From: Bugula neritina | Taxonomy: Eukaryota > Animalia > Bryozoa | Assembly: GCA_964035545.1 (NCBI GenBank) | Contig: OZ037773.1 | Location: 6,663,751 to 6,727,750, forward strand | Length of the DNA stretch: 64,000 nucleotides | Direction: 5' to 3' | Made by a program: the position numbers and the translations under genes | Shown: positions 1 through 12,233 of the stretch, piece by piece | How positions within the stretch are numbered: position 1 is the stretch's first letter | Layout of the letters: each line of letters opens with the position of its first letter | The notes under the pieces: generated by a model | What the model was told of the DNA's origin: nothing | Seen by the model: the letters and a program-made list of their open reading frames with translations, nothing else | The model's database searches: none

Positions 1-124
1 AATATAATATCATATAGTATATAGAGTACATACTATACAGTATGTATACAACATATACATACATATATAAAGTACAACTTCTGTATCTTCAACTATGTTA
101 TGCGTTAGTAGAGAATAAACTCAC

Positions 125-3039
125 CGTGTTTGAACGGCTCTAGCAGGGCAGCTGGGGGATCCTCCATGACCATAGAGGGGTGAAGGTCACTGTGAGAAAC
201 TAGAAGAAATCAACACGAGCTGGGTAAGATAATTCTAAAGGGTGGAATATGTAGAATACCGACTATCATTAGTAATTATACAGACTAACAGGCATAGTCA
301 AGAGTTGAGAGAAATGAAACATCCATACAAAAGAAGAGATCATTACAGGTTAACTAAGAGACCCACAACAAGCAAATGAAAACAATTACGAATAAATTTA
401 GCATAAAAAAATGAAGGTTTACATTCACCTAATGTTATTTTAACTTAGAAACTAGCGAAAGATGATAAAATATTCCATTTTTACATTTATTTCAATTAAA
501 ACTATGTTCATATTCAAAATAAAATCCTTTATAAACAATGTTGATAACCAGTTTTACTACAACGTATCTATCTCAGACTAAGTTTTACTATAACTGCCTA
601 CGTCTCGCATTATAACTAAAAATAGATAGCAAGAACCTTTGACTAAAACATCGAAGCAACAGCTTTACCTGCATTTAAAATATTTTAATATTCATTCATT
701 AGAAGTCATTTAGAAGCGAAAAAAATTACAAGTTTTAAATATTGCAAGACCATCCAAGTCTTGATATTTTAGTATTTGTTCATTAAAAATCAGTTGCAAG
801 TTTCACATGCTGTACAATATGAGGAGCATACAACCACATGAGGAGCATACAACCACATGAGGAACATACAACCACATGAGGAGCATACAACCACATGAGG
901 AGCATACAACCACATGAGGAACATACAACCACATGAGGAACATACAACCACATGAGCATGCAACTCCTAACACCAACTCACTATGAGCCTTCCCAAGCGC
1001 TGACTTGCTGACAGCGGGCGGAGCTCGGGGTTTGAAAGAGTCTGAAGAGAACTTCCTCTTCGTCTCGGGAGTCCACTCGTCTTCGGCTTCAATGACCCCC
1101 TGATCTGTGTACACCTCTGCCCAAGATGGCCGCTTCACCACTCGACCTATCAGATGCGCAATGAACAACAAGTGATGCAATACAAGTCTGTAATGCAAGT
1201 TTCGACTTCAGAAAACTATAAAAAAAGGACAAGGCAGTTACATCCAATATTTTAAAAGAAGTCAGAATTAGATGTTAGTGAGGGGCTGTTTAATTGAATC
1301 ATCCACAAACAAGCGATCTTTTCTCACAGGCTAAGCATTTTAGGAGAGGGGGGAGGGGTTAAGGGCCCTTGTTAAGCTTCATTTATTTATTTAGTATGAT
1401 CTGTCATCACCTTTCCTACTAACTCTCATTGGGGTCCATTCTTCGTCCTCATCGCTGTTCCCGTCAATCAGCACCCTGGCGGCAGATGTCACTGGAGAGC
1501 AATTCTTCAACATGTCATCTATATCTACAGAGAGAAGACAACTATCATCACACTGACGCAGGGTGATGAGATTAGATTACCAAGTACAGTTTGTAGAAAT
1601 GTTCAATCTTTGCATTTCCATGAATTCGCATTATGCGAATGAAAGCTTATACGGATGAACTTGTGGTTACGGTTTGTATTAACTTATGTTTGTGATTTCA
1701 TTGGATGCAACTGTTTTCAAACCTCGGATGAAAAATCGTGTAGTGAATACAGATTACTAGTTGCTGAAGAGACTGCAGATGTATTCTCATTTAAATTGCA
1801 AGAAATATTAGCCAACATTTCCAACATTTATCGTTTATTGTTACTATGGCTATCAACATATAGGCTAAGTGGTGATAGGTAATAAATTTATTTAAGCCTG
1901 AATTTTAACTTAAAAGGTCTGCATTACTGATGAAATCAGGGGTGACAACCCCTAACTACTACACCCAGTTACACCGCAGATTGCATTCACATTGTTGTGG
2001 GCGCAAGCGCTACATTGGCCGGATGTTCAACTAATGACAATACTTTGCCATCGGCTATTAACTAGTCGAACTTCTGCAATGATTTCCTTGTGCGCAGCCT
2101 AACCCAACATTTATCACGCTTGACTGACTCAAAGCTATGCCACTCTTTGTGCAAGCAAAAATTAATTGGTCGCTAAAAACTGAATCTCGATTTAAAGATT
2201 TTGCAGAGAACATTGTTACAAGTTGTGCTCAAAAAAATGATAAACAGCATGAGATTTCAACAAAAAGTAAGGAAATGAATTCAGCCTCAATGCCATCACA
2301 TTTTATAAGCACAAAAGACTGACATTACTGAAGCAGCTAGTTGTCAATTCATTCCATTGTAGACAATCGCTACTTGAGCACATCACGTGACTCTACTACG
2401 CAATACTATGCAAAGATAGACTATTATACTACTACTACTATTTATCAATTAGTGAAATCAGCACAAACCAGGTACTGTAACATCCACTGTAGCATCTTCT
2501 GTATCCGTTTCCCTCTCATTAGAAGCCTGAGGCGTGGCTTGCTTCCGCCGGCTTTTCGAGGAGTCTGGAGATGGAGCAAACCTCTGCAATGGAGGCGGAG
2601 TTACTAAGCTACTAGAGTCTGCCGAACTCGTCTGAGACGCTGACTTGGCTAAGGGCTGGGGCGCAGGAGAAGAAGACCGACTGATATCGGATTTGTCACT
2701 TTCAGTAGTTCTATTGGCAATTATTTTCCCAAGTATAGAGTCAAGACTAGATTTTTTGGACGATTGACTAAAGAGTGAATTTGGCTCAATATCTTCATTA
2801 TCGCTCAGCGGTTCGATGGGAGAGCCGCTATCGTCACTCTGATTGGCTGACATTCTTTTGAGAGGAGGTGGAGCTCTAACCGAATCTGAGACCGTCTGTA
2901 GAACTGGTCGGGCTACCATGGGCGGCGGAGGAGGTGTAGAGAGCGTCCTTGAACTTTGGTGAAGAGGCGGAGCCAACGGCAACAAATTCAACATGGCACC
3001 AATCGGCTCTTTGCGACCCTCTGTTATAGAGTCAGTCAT
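125..3039 (-). CDS. 5' portion of a multi-exon gene with a Ser/Pro-rich disordered N-terminus; possibly an MBD-domain chromatin protein; continues off the left edge
   Basis: Phase-1-compatible GT-AG exons 3039-2469 (ORF MTDSITEG...VTVP), 1524-1411 (IDDMLKNCSP...DEDEEWTPMRVSRK), 1146-982 (RVVKRPSWAEV...EDEWTPETKRK...KAH) and 199-125 (SHSDLHPSMVMEDPPAALLEPFKH+G). The last exon resembles the P-x-x-x-G-W start of BAZ2-type MBD domains (inference). The start codon is uncertain. Confidence 0.7.
819..957. repeat. 19-bp minisatellite (ATGAGGAGCATACAACCAC), 7 copies, intronic
   Basis: Direct tandem copies with a G/A variant; explains the repeated CSSCGCMLLMWLYVPHVVV in ORF 803..1198. Confidence 0.95.
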
Positions 3040-4298
3040 TCTTAGATGATAGCTATTATTCTGGTGGAAGCTGGTCTTGAATAGCTAGGTATACATTGTT
3101 CTAGGCTAGCAGTGGTATACCAGCCAGCTACAAAAAGCATTGAATAAAAACTAGATGAGCGAAGTACATACAATGAGGGCACAACAATTTATCAGATACT
3201 TTCACAACAAAAGTCAACATTATTTGTACCGCTAGGTAACTGAAAAGTTCTGAGTTAAACGTAGACTTCATAACTAAAACTTAAATCATCAGTACTCATA
3301 CAAGTTCTAAGGCTAAATGACGGTAGCGCTCATAGATTCCCATTTACGCTATATTAACATTTCTAGTGGGAATGATTATTTCTACTATTTATTACTACAC
3401 TGTCAGTTGGAAAGAAGTTACGTACGGTTAGTACCATTTATTGGAGGTATGAGCTTTCTCTGAATACATTACCATGCTGCTGAAGTTGATCTTTCGCGCT
3501 CAAAACTCACAAAGTTGCATCACACAAAATTTAACCGCGAAAGAAATTTTTGCGAACAGCAAGCGGGTGTACATCCAAAATATGACATTTCAGTAGACTT
3601 GACATATAAATTAAGTTACCTTTTCCAGATACAGCTGTTTCTCATTCCAATTCTCTTTACTCATACTGTCCAAGGGCAATTGAAATATGGCTGGCGGAAG
3701 TTCTCATTACTAGTATTAACTAAGGCTCTCTATTGGATGATCAAATCTGTATAAAAGAACCACAACAAAACCACGTGCAAAAGGCGCAGTAATAACTGTA
3801 CAGAGTTATAACACTGTTTTATTCACACAGAGCATTTATGACTATACATACACCAAAGGCAAGAGTAGTAGGACGATAATTAAGTCAAATTTAAACACAA
3901 CGAACACGGTTCAATAATAAAAGCTTGTATAGAAGAATAACAATACTAATATACTTAACAAAATAAACAAGAACATATAATTTTGACTTGAACTAACCAT
4001 TTATGATTTATTGCGAATTTCACGCGTAACGACTTCATACCGGTGTAAACTGGCCGACCTTGAACCTATACAAGCTAGTGTAGTTATCTCCTCAATTAAC
4101 ATAGCAGACCGAAAATCAAAACCACAGAAAAGCCTGTAATATTCAGTAATGAGCATTCACACGTTGTAATTGTTACCAAAAAGAATTACTACTTAAGTGA
4201 GTTAGTGATTGATAACTAAATAAGTTCAATTTGAGCAACTACTTCACCCGTTGTCGTTTCACAAGTTAGATTTGGTTGCTGTTGACTATCGGAGTTCT

Positions 4299-4343
4299 TC
4301 ACGTGAGTCTTCGCACGTGAATACCTCCCAAATTCAACATTGG
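4299..4343. promoter_or_regulatory. Candidate promoter: two CACGTG E-boxes and a CCAAT box upstream of the left-edge gene
   Basis: TCACGTGA at 4299-4306, CACGTG at 4314-4319 and ATTGG at 4339-4343, in a locally CpG-richer stretch 5' of the minus-strand gene. Motif match only. Confidence 0.35.
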
Positions 4344-4489
4344 TCAGCCTAATCTTTGACCGTATTCGGATACAGCTACTCCACTTCGGCTTTTAATTAT
4401 ATTCTAATCATAATAAAACTCAAACTGGAATGATCATGATGATCATTAGATGAATTTTTTGGTTAGATCACAATGAATTGAAAACCTCA

Positions 4490-5010
4490 TCTTTTAATAT
4501 TATAATAATAATAGTAATACTAATGATAACTGTAATGGTAGTACTAGTAGTAGTAGTAAAACAGAATGTGAAGATCGATGGGAAATTGTAGGAGGTAGCC
4601 AAAGAGCTAGGCGGTAAAGTCAAGTTAAAGTTTACCTTTTTGTTTTAGTTTAACTTAGGTCTTAGAGTTAATCACTTAATGCTATTGTTAGTGTTATACT
4701 TATAGTGATAGTCATAGTTAAGTCTTTGGTATACTAAAAGTATTACTATTAGTATTAGTAGCAGTATTAATATTAGTATAAGTATTAGTTATAGTTATAA
4801 GTACTTTGTGTTAACTGAAAGTCTGAGTATTAGTATAAGTATAAGGGTGAGTATCAGTATCACACTTTACAGTTACTGTTAATATTAATTATTATGTTGG
4901 TCTTTGCTACTGTTAGTGTTATTCCTACTCTTGGTGGTTGGTTGTAGCACTACTACTAGTAGTCCTACTAGTATGTACGTAGGTTACTGTCTGGGTTACT
5001 GTGTGTTGGT
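4490..5010. repeat. Degenerate 6-bp-periodic A(G/C)T low-complexity tract
   Basis: Parses as atactt atagtg atagtc atagtt ... aagtat tactat tagtat tagtag cagtat taatat tagtat aagtat tagtta tagtta. Confidence 0.7.
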
Positions 5011-8000
5011 GTGATCTTTTTATTATTATTCATTTATAATTATTGGGCTCAAAATGTATGTGTCTAAGCAATTACATGCTCTCAGTCATCATGATAATGT
5101 TTATTAAGTGATAAGTTCAGATTTATGACAGTTTGTGACTCCAGACTTGAAGACTATCTTCAGTCTTTATTTTTATTATAAATTTTCGCTTTTTCAGTTG
5201 TGGGTTAAGGATGGTGTCTTTATGACGACTGTTACTGGAAGCCCTGGTTAACATGCAACGTTTTAGGTGACTAATGGATGTCCAAGATTCTCTCAATTAG
5301 TTAACCTCAACACAGATGTCTGCTTTTAGACCAGTTATTTATTTACTTGCATATGTTCTGTAGATATTTAAAACAGCATTCATGTTGTTAAGCAGTGAGT
5401 GAACTCAGTTTTATCAAAGTGATTTAGGATTCTTTTTTAAGATTAAGATAGTTTCAGTCATTGCATTGCTGCAGTTTTTTTCCAATAATGAGCTAAACAC
5501 TCTGATGTTTTTATTTTTCTCTATAAGATGTTTACTTATAACCATGTTTATTAATATTTGTACTTAATCTTTTCAATAACTGTATTAGCTTGATAAATGG
5601 AGTTAGTAATAATGCAATATATGTTAATGTAAAGGATTTAGATTCTATTGGTCTCAGAGTTTACTAATACCGGTGCAGAAGTTGCACACTAGTGCTGAAT
5701 TAATGTCATATTTTCTTTCTGGCCAACATTTGAAAGCTAATACACATATTACATAAAGCTATATCACATGTTATAAGTCTTGTACGGATGAAATGCTGAT
5801 TTTTTTTCTCTGTGCAGGCTACTGAGAGTGTTGGTGATGATTGCATCAATTTCAATTAATATGAAAAGCAGGCTAGTTTTATGTAGAAAATTGTAAACTT
5901 TGTCACTATGTTCCATTCCGTAAGTTGTTATTGGGAGTTATCGTATTTGTATTGTTTTATTTCAAGATAAGACAACCTCAACAATACGTATCCGCTCATT
6001 CTTGCCATTATATTGTATAAAATGGTCAACAAAATATTATGTTTTAAACATCAATCTACAAAAAATGAATATACAAACAAACTACTGGTGAAAATTTTGT
6101 GTGTGTTATAATTAATAGACATTTTCGACCAAGCTACAAGAGAAATTAAAGCTTTACCTAATTTTTAAGTACATGTTGAGGATCAACCAAATTTTCAAAA
6201 ATGCAATTCTTATAAATTCAAGTTTCACAAATTATATATAGTGCATACAACTTTTTTTTTATATCTCTATAAATTTTATTTATTTAAATTTTCTACTGAT
6301 ATTTCTTAAATATAAGCTTGCTTTATACTATATTAGGCTTATTCGATATTATAGACTCTTAGATGTTGCCTCAGATAGTAATTTTGCCTCAAGACGCATA
6401 TACAGCTTGAAGTAAATCATACTAGAGGAACTCAAGTTATAAGCTTAACCATTAACAAATACCTGATGACTTTAGTTTAAATATACACCTCACACATGAA
6501 GCAATTCTATTTCTCATATAAAGTGACAAAAGCATTCATTATACGAAGATATCATTTCAAACTAGCTGTGTGCTATGTATTTTAGAAGAATTTTACAGTG
6601 CACACAACTCTGCAGTCAATATACAGATCAAATCTCCAATGTAGTAGAAATCAAAACTTTTTTATAATCAGTTGTCAACAGCTTGTTATTGCTAAACATG
6701 GTCTCAAAATATATGGAAACTTAGCCAAAAGTTATTCTAAGCAAAATTCTGTAGATTTTATCAGTTTAAAGATTTTTGAATAAACAGCTTTTCTACCCCT
6801 TAATTTAGGAGATTTCAAGAGATGTTGATTGATAATCATAATAGTATCAGTAATTTAGGCGGTGACTCATCATAAATGGTTGTGTTAGAAGACAGGTAAC
6901 TTAATATATAAAGATATTCTTTGACCATTGGGAGATGTTTTGCTGCCCAAAGGAAATATTAATCATGTTACAGATGAGTTTGCCTTAGTTATGATAAGAA
7001 CATAATTCAGTCTAACATGTGTCGTGGCCCTAATAACATTATTAGCCAATTCTGATGGCAGTTTCTACTGCTTACTCATGAATCATAAGCAATCCACACT
7101 CTCGTATTTTTTAATATAATATTGTTGGCAAAATAAATTAAAATGACCAGCTATAGCAAGTCATTTCACATCTTCCATACTATAAGGTAAAGTAGAGGAA
7201 ACCATTACAAATCTACACCAAATATGCTCTAATGAGAAAACTTATACACTTGAATTGAAGAATTAAATACTGGGCTCTCAACTAGTCATGTGATTCAACT
7301 GAAGATGGATCATGTGATCTAACTAAAAATGATCCTGTATAGAATAGTTTCCAACCTCTAACAGTCTAACATATGGTAACGACAAAAAATAGGCAAATTC
7401 AAACTTTTAAGTGGATGCTTCGATTTAAGACAATTTTTAATGAGAGCTTAATCATGGTAAATCAAAGTTACCAACTAGTAAGACGAAAACAAAAATGTAA
7501 AATAAACATCTTCTAACAATAATATTAGTAAAATCTTCCACTGATTTGTAAAAAGTCAAGTACTATAATTATTGAGCTGACTAAGATAATCCTATTCTTC
7601 CTAGTTGCAGATGTCAATGCCTTTGCTGAACAGCAATATTGAAAAGTTTTTAGAGTTTAGTAAAAATGAATATTGCTGGGGTAGAAATTGTTAAATAAAA
7701 ATATAAACTGTGCATTAAAAACCAACTATAATGCCCTAAAATTAAATTTTTAACAATAAACAATGGTTTCTTTTTGTAATATTCCTCTTAATAATATGAT
7801 AACACATAGGTAGCTGGATAAAAACAAAAGCAATCTTAGGAATGCAACCAATTTTTTCAAATATCATACAGCTTGAAGTTGGTGCAAAAATAAAAGAGTA
7901 CTGTATATTTTCTAAAACTTTAAAATCTCTTTCGTTCAAATCTCTTTAACTTCAGTATATAAAGGGTTTCAGTTACTTAGTCAAAGTTTTTACTAGCCAT

Positions 8001-11000
8001 ACAGTTAAAGGATGACATTTAGAACTGACAAAAATTTATAAGTTTCAATTGAAAAAAGACACTGCAACTGCTGAGATGCAATATAAAAGTTTCAAACCGT
8101 TTGGCATGTGTGGGAAGTTTTATAGTGGGAATGTAGATTTAAAATATTTAGCAAGCTGACGCAATATTAATCAGGAAAATACTAGAACAAACTCTGACAA
8201 GTAATTTGTCATGCACTATGAAGCAGGTATGATTGCAACAAAATTAGAAAAGGAGAAACTGTTTGTACCGTGAACAATAAAGTATTTTATATTATTATAC
8301 ATGTACAGTAGGTAAGTTTATTGCGTCGCACTAATTGCTGCACATTTCTAATCTGTTTCACAGCTCCAATTCTTATCATTTTTAAAAATCTAAAAGCACT
8401 TCCTAAATTTACACTTACAAAATCAGAGTATCAAGAATTAAGGAAAGACAGCAGTAAAGTGATTACGTCTAATGGCCGCCATTTGCACTAGACAGACACC
8501 CTCCTTGCTATCAAATAATATACAGACATTTGATATATAGGCTCTTTGTCGCACTTTTGGTGCATTTACATTATTCTACCATTTACTTCAATCAGCAATT
8601 GGCTTCATACTTCACACAAAGAAACAAGTTTTTGCCAAATTAATTTACAGAAGTTGGTTGCCACTTCAACATCAAAAGCATCATTTACAATTATTACCTG
8701 ATGTGTTTCCCTGTAGAGAAAACTTTTCAAAAATGTTCAAGTGTAAGCAGACGTTTTGAGCCAAAAGATTAATTTAAATTTATCTGAGTATTTTTGCTAC
8801 AACAATTATATAATTATACCTAGAACATGATAGAACTGGTCTCTCAGGATGTATGACAAACAAGAGCTTACGCGATATTGCTAAGCAAGGTCAAACCCTG
8901 AATATGTTTCGTCATCTTCTTGATTATTTTTTCTAGTTTTACAAATTTATTCGCTTTACACCAAAACCAATATTTTAGTTAGTATTTCATTGCCTTATTT
9001 GGATTCATCTTTTTTATATTTACTTGCACAATTTATTATTGTGTTCCAAAAACATGGAACTCGTTGGTATCATTTTTATCTAACAACATTATAACAAGAC
9101 CTTGGCTTGGAAATAAAAAAAACACATCAAAAATAAAGTTACTAATGGCTTCCACTCTTTGGCTTCAAAGATCACACCCAACTCATTAACATCTTAAGTG
9201 CCAGTATAAATTGTAAAAGTATTAATATAAATGAATTAGTAAGAATTATAATATGTTTCGATTTGTGAAATTTTGCAATATGTGACGAATAAGGAAATTG
9301 AGCCCCTTGACATACTAATAGACTTCAGGTATGGGAAGCAGATTGACACAGGTATATCAAAGAATCCAGTTTGTAATGTAAGTTATATTATCTTGTGGTA
9401 TAAGGATGGCAGTTTGTTATATAAGATAATGTATATGTTGTGCTATAATGAAGATGTCAGTTTGTAATCTTACATATTTATTGAGTAAATTAAGGGTGTT
9501 TGAATATTTGGAGTTGTCTCTCACTTTTCTTGCTTTATTCAGTCTGGGCATTACATATCACTTCTAGATATTGAGCTTTTTTGTTATCTCTCTACAGTCT
9601 ACATTCTAAATGTAATGAGGGAAAAGTAATAACTTATTCATACATACTGTGTGTTTTGAGATAGAGAAGTTTCCAGAAGCATTTCTCATTGGCTTCCTGC
9701 TTATGCAACGTTTATGTAACTTCTGATATTTTTACATAAATCAAGTTTTCACAACTGCATGTCAGTTTGAGGAAAACATTCTTTTCATGCTTTGGGTTGG
9801 CTCTATCAACTTCTCAAATTGCTTCTGCCAATACTATTGGATAGTAGTAACTCAACATAGGGGTAATTAGTTATTCTCTTTACAAGTAAATATGCCTTGA
9901 TCAATTGAAAAAATAATATAGTTAATAGTTAACCTAAGCCAGCTGATGATATAAAAAGCACACTAAAAAGCACACAATCTACCAGCCAGGTGTTCTATTG
10001 GCAAGCTACATTCATTGGAATTTTTTCCTGTTTTGATAGATTAAGGTTTATATAAAATTATCAATTTTTATGCCTTAGAGATACTTCCAGTTTTATGACG
10101 TTGTATAACAAATTTTTCTTTTTAAGTACGTAAATGGTCATGCAGGCTATCTGTGCCTTAGTTATCATACTTCTTCATCTTAATGTTTCCCCTACTACTG
10201 ACATATGCTTTATTTTTTGGCTAATTTCCAATTAAACTGTTTACATTGCACGCACACACCCCAACGGCTCTCTAGCCTATATCTACCATTATCACACGTA
10301 TATCAATTCCTGTAGACTCCTAGTAAACATTCTCTGTATGTGATATTTTAAAAACTTGAAAACTGTTTGCCGAGCAGATATTGCACTAAAAGTAGTTTAA
10401 ATTTTGTTGTTAGTAGCTTGGCACAGCATTATCATCTTTAAGTAAAAATATGATGAAAACATTTATTTAAATGTCAGTAAATAAGAAAGTCAGCAATTAT
10501 TTAAGCCTTTTGTGTAACTTTTAATATTGCAATGCTAAATATTTTGAAAGAAACAATTAACAAAATAATTTGAGATGATCATAAGTAGTCAGTTATTTTT
10601 GGATGTGAACAGTGTATTATTATATGAAAAAACTACAGATGAATAAAATCATATATTAGAGTTTTAAATAAACAAAGCAACCGTAGTCTAATTAGGGATA
10701 AAGTCAAACTTGAATCCTAAAATAAAAGCCTTATAATTCTAAGCTTAGTACCTTTTGAGGTTTGGCCTAATTGACCTAGAGTTATACCTACAGCGGTTTT
10801 TATTGTCGAATCATTTATTGGAATAAGTTTAATTTAGTTGTAAATTTGCTTGGGAAACCCATGCAGTTATTGGAAAAATGATGATTTCATAACAAATACT
10901 TGTTTAGCTCTGACTAGAAAACTCTAGAAAAATTTTCTGCTCATCTCAAAATGACAAATGTAAGTTTATGAGGAAATAATCATAATAATCAGATATAATT

Positions 11001-11264
11001 TGAAGTTTGAGGAAAATTTATTAAAGCAATTAAAAATGGGAGATGACAAATATGTTGCAAGTTACAAGGAAACTTAGCCTCTCTTTAACTTTTTCCGCAT
11101 CATCAATCGATGTCATTCTTCTGACTTCTAGAAAAGCAGATCAAAGATCTGGCTGTGCCAAAACTAAACCATTAACGATAATTGAGAACTTCTGGGCCAA
11201 TTAGATTTGGATACTGTCCAGGCTCTTTATATATTCCATTGAAATTTCTTCTCAGAGTTTTTGG

Positions 11265-11300
11265 TATAAAAGTAAAAACAATTCCAAGTAGTTTCATTAC
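11265..11300 (+). promoter_or_regulatory. TATA box and initiator of the secreted peptide gene
   Basis: TATAAAAG at ~11265 and Inr-like TTCATT about 30 nt downstream, followed by a non-coding exon ending CAG|GTAAGT at 11353. Confidence 0.65.
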
Positions 11301-11666
11301 AGATTTGTATCCAGCTAATACAAGTTAGCACCATTTTCTTGAGTTCTTTGCAGGTAAGTGTTAAAATATAAATTTTTATTTAAATTATATAATTTATTAA
11401 TATTATTTTTTTAAATTCCGCCTTAATACTTTTAATGAAACTAATATAAGTTTATATATAAATAATGTGCGTTGAACAATATCATCTGAACAATACAGCA
11501 TTGAAGATAATTTTATAAGATTTTTGAAAATAATTTATTAGTTACACTAGGACAGAAATGTTTTGAGATATTTATTATAGGCAATGATTATTCATAATGC
11601 TATTGCTTATATTATGATTTGAACTAAATATAACTAATTTGTTGTTGTAGAAGTGAGAAAGTCAAG

Positions 11667-12233
11667 ATGAAGGCATTGTCAGCTCTGATTGCACTTTGCT
11701 TGCTCATCTCTATAAGCACAGCCTCCTTGTAGTGAGTATAAATTGTGCTAGTTATATAATATCCCAGTTCATCTTTTACAGTCTTGCATTTGCCAGACTT
11801 AATAAACATGATAATAATAAAGAAATAAAAATAATACTATTTCTATAAGTTTATTATGAGTTTTAAGATGAAATGGCAAATATTACAATAATGAACTTTT
11901 GGCAATAAAGCATTCAATTCTTCTAGACTTTGTCATATTAATTAAACCTTTTACAAATTATTTAGGTTTTTTCGTTCAAGTAACCAACAGAACCTGATGT
12001 TTCTTTTAAAGCATGGAGGTAATATATATAACATGTATGCTAGACTTCTTATACATTCTTGGCTATATATTTACAGCTATGGATCTCCTGGTCTCTATTA
12101 TGGTGGTGGACTTCAATATGGCCGAAGATTAGGAGGAATTGGGTACTTCCGAAGACGTATCTTCGGTATTCGCCGTCGTTACGGTTACGGGCTGCGATCA
12201 TCATTCAATAAGAATGGATATGGCCGTTACTAA
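11667..12233 (+). CDS. 73-aa secreted cationic Gly/Tyr/Arg-rich peptide (adhesive/structural or antimicrobial candidate)
   Basis: Exons 11667-11731 (signal peptide MKALSALIALCLLISISTA, phase-2 donor GTGAGT) and 12077-12233 (acceptor TTTACAG) splice in frame to ...SLYYGSPGLYYGGGLQYGRRLGGIGYFRRRIFGIRRRYGYGLRSSFNKNGYGRY*. There is a 5'UTR exon ending at 11353, an intron starting 1 nt after the stop, and AATAAA near 12739. Confidence 0.85.

Noticed and set aside
3039-3096. In-frame ATG TAT ACC TAG CTA upstream of the left-edge ORF as stop-codon readthrough
   Set aside because: The TAG may simply be an acceptor or a tiny uORF; no evidence distinguishes these.
5950-11200. Short ORFs of 60-65 aa and an isolated YY1-like motif at 8471-8484
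   Set aside because: AT-rich composition, no recognisable domains and no consistent exon chain.
11966-12018. Extra middle exon of the secreted peptide gene, or the ORF-track start at 11997
   Set aside because: Inclusion creates a stop or frameshift; the signal-peptide exon splices directly in frame to 12077.
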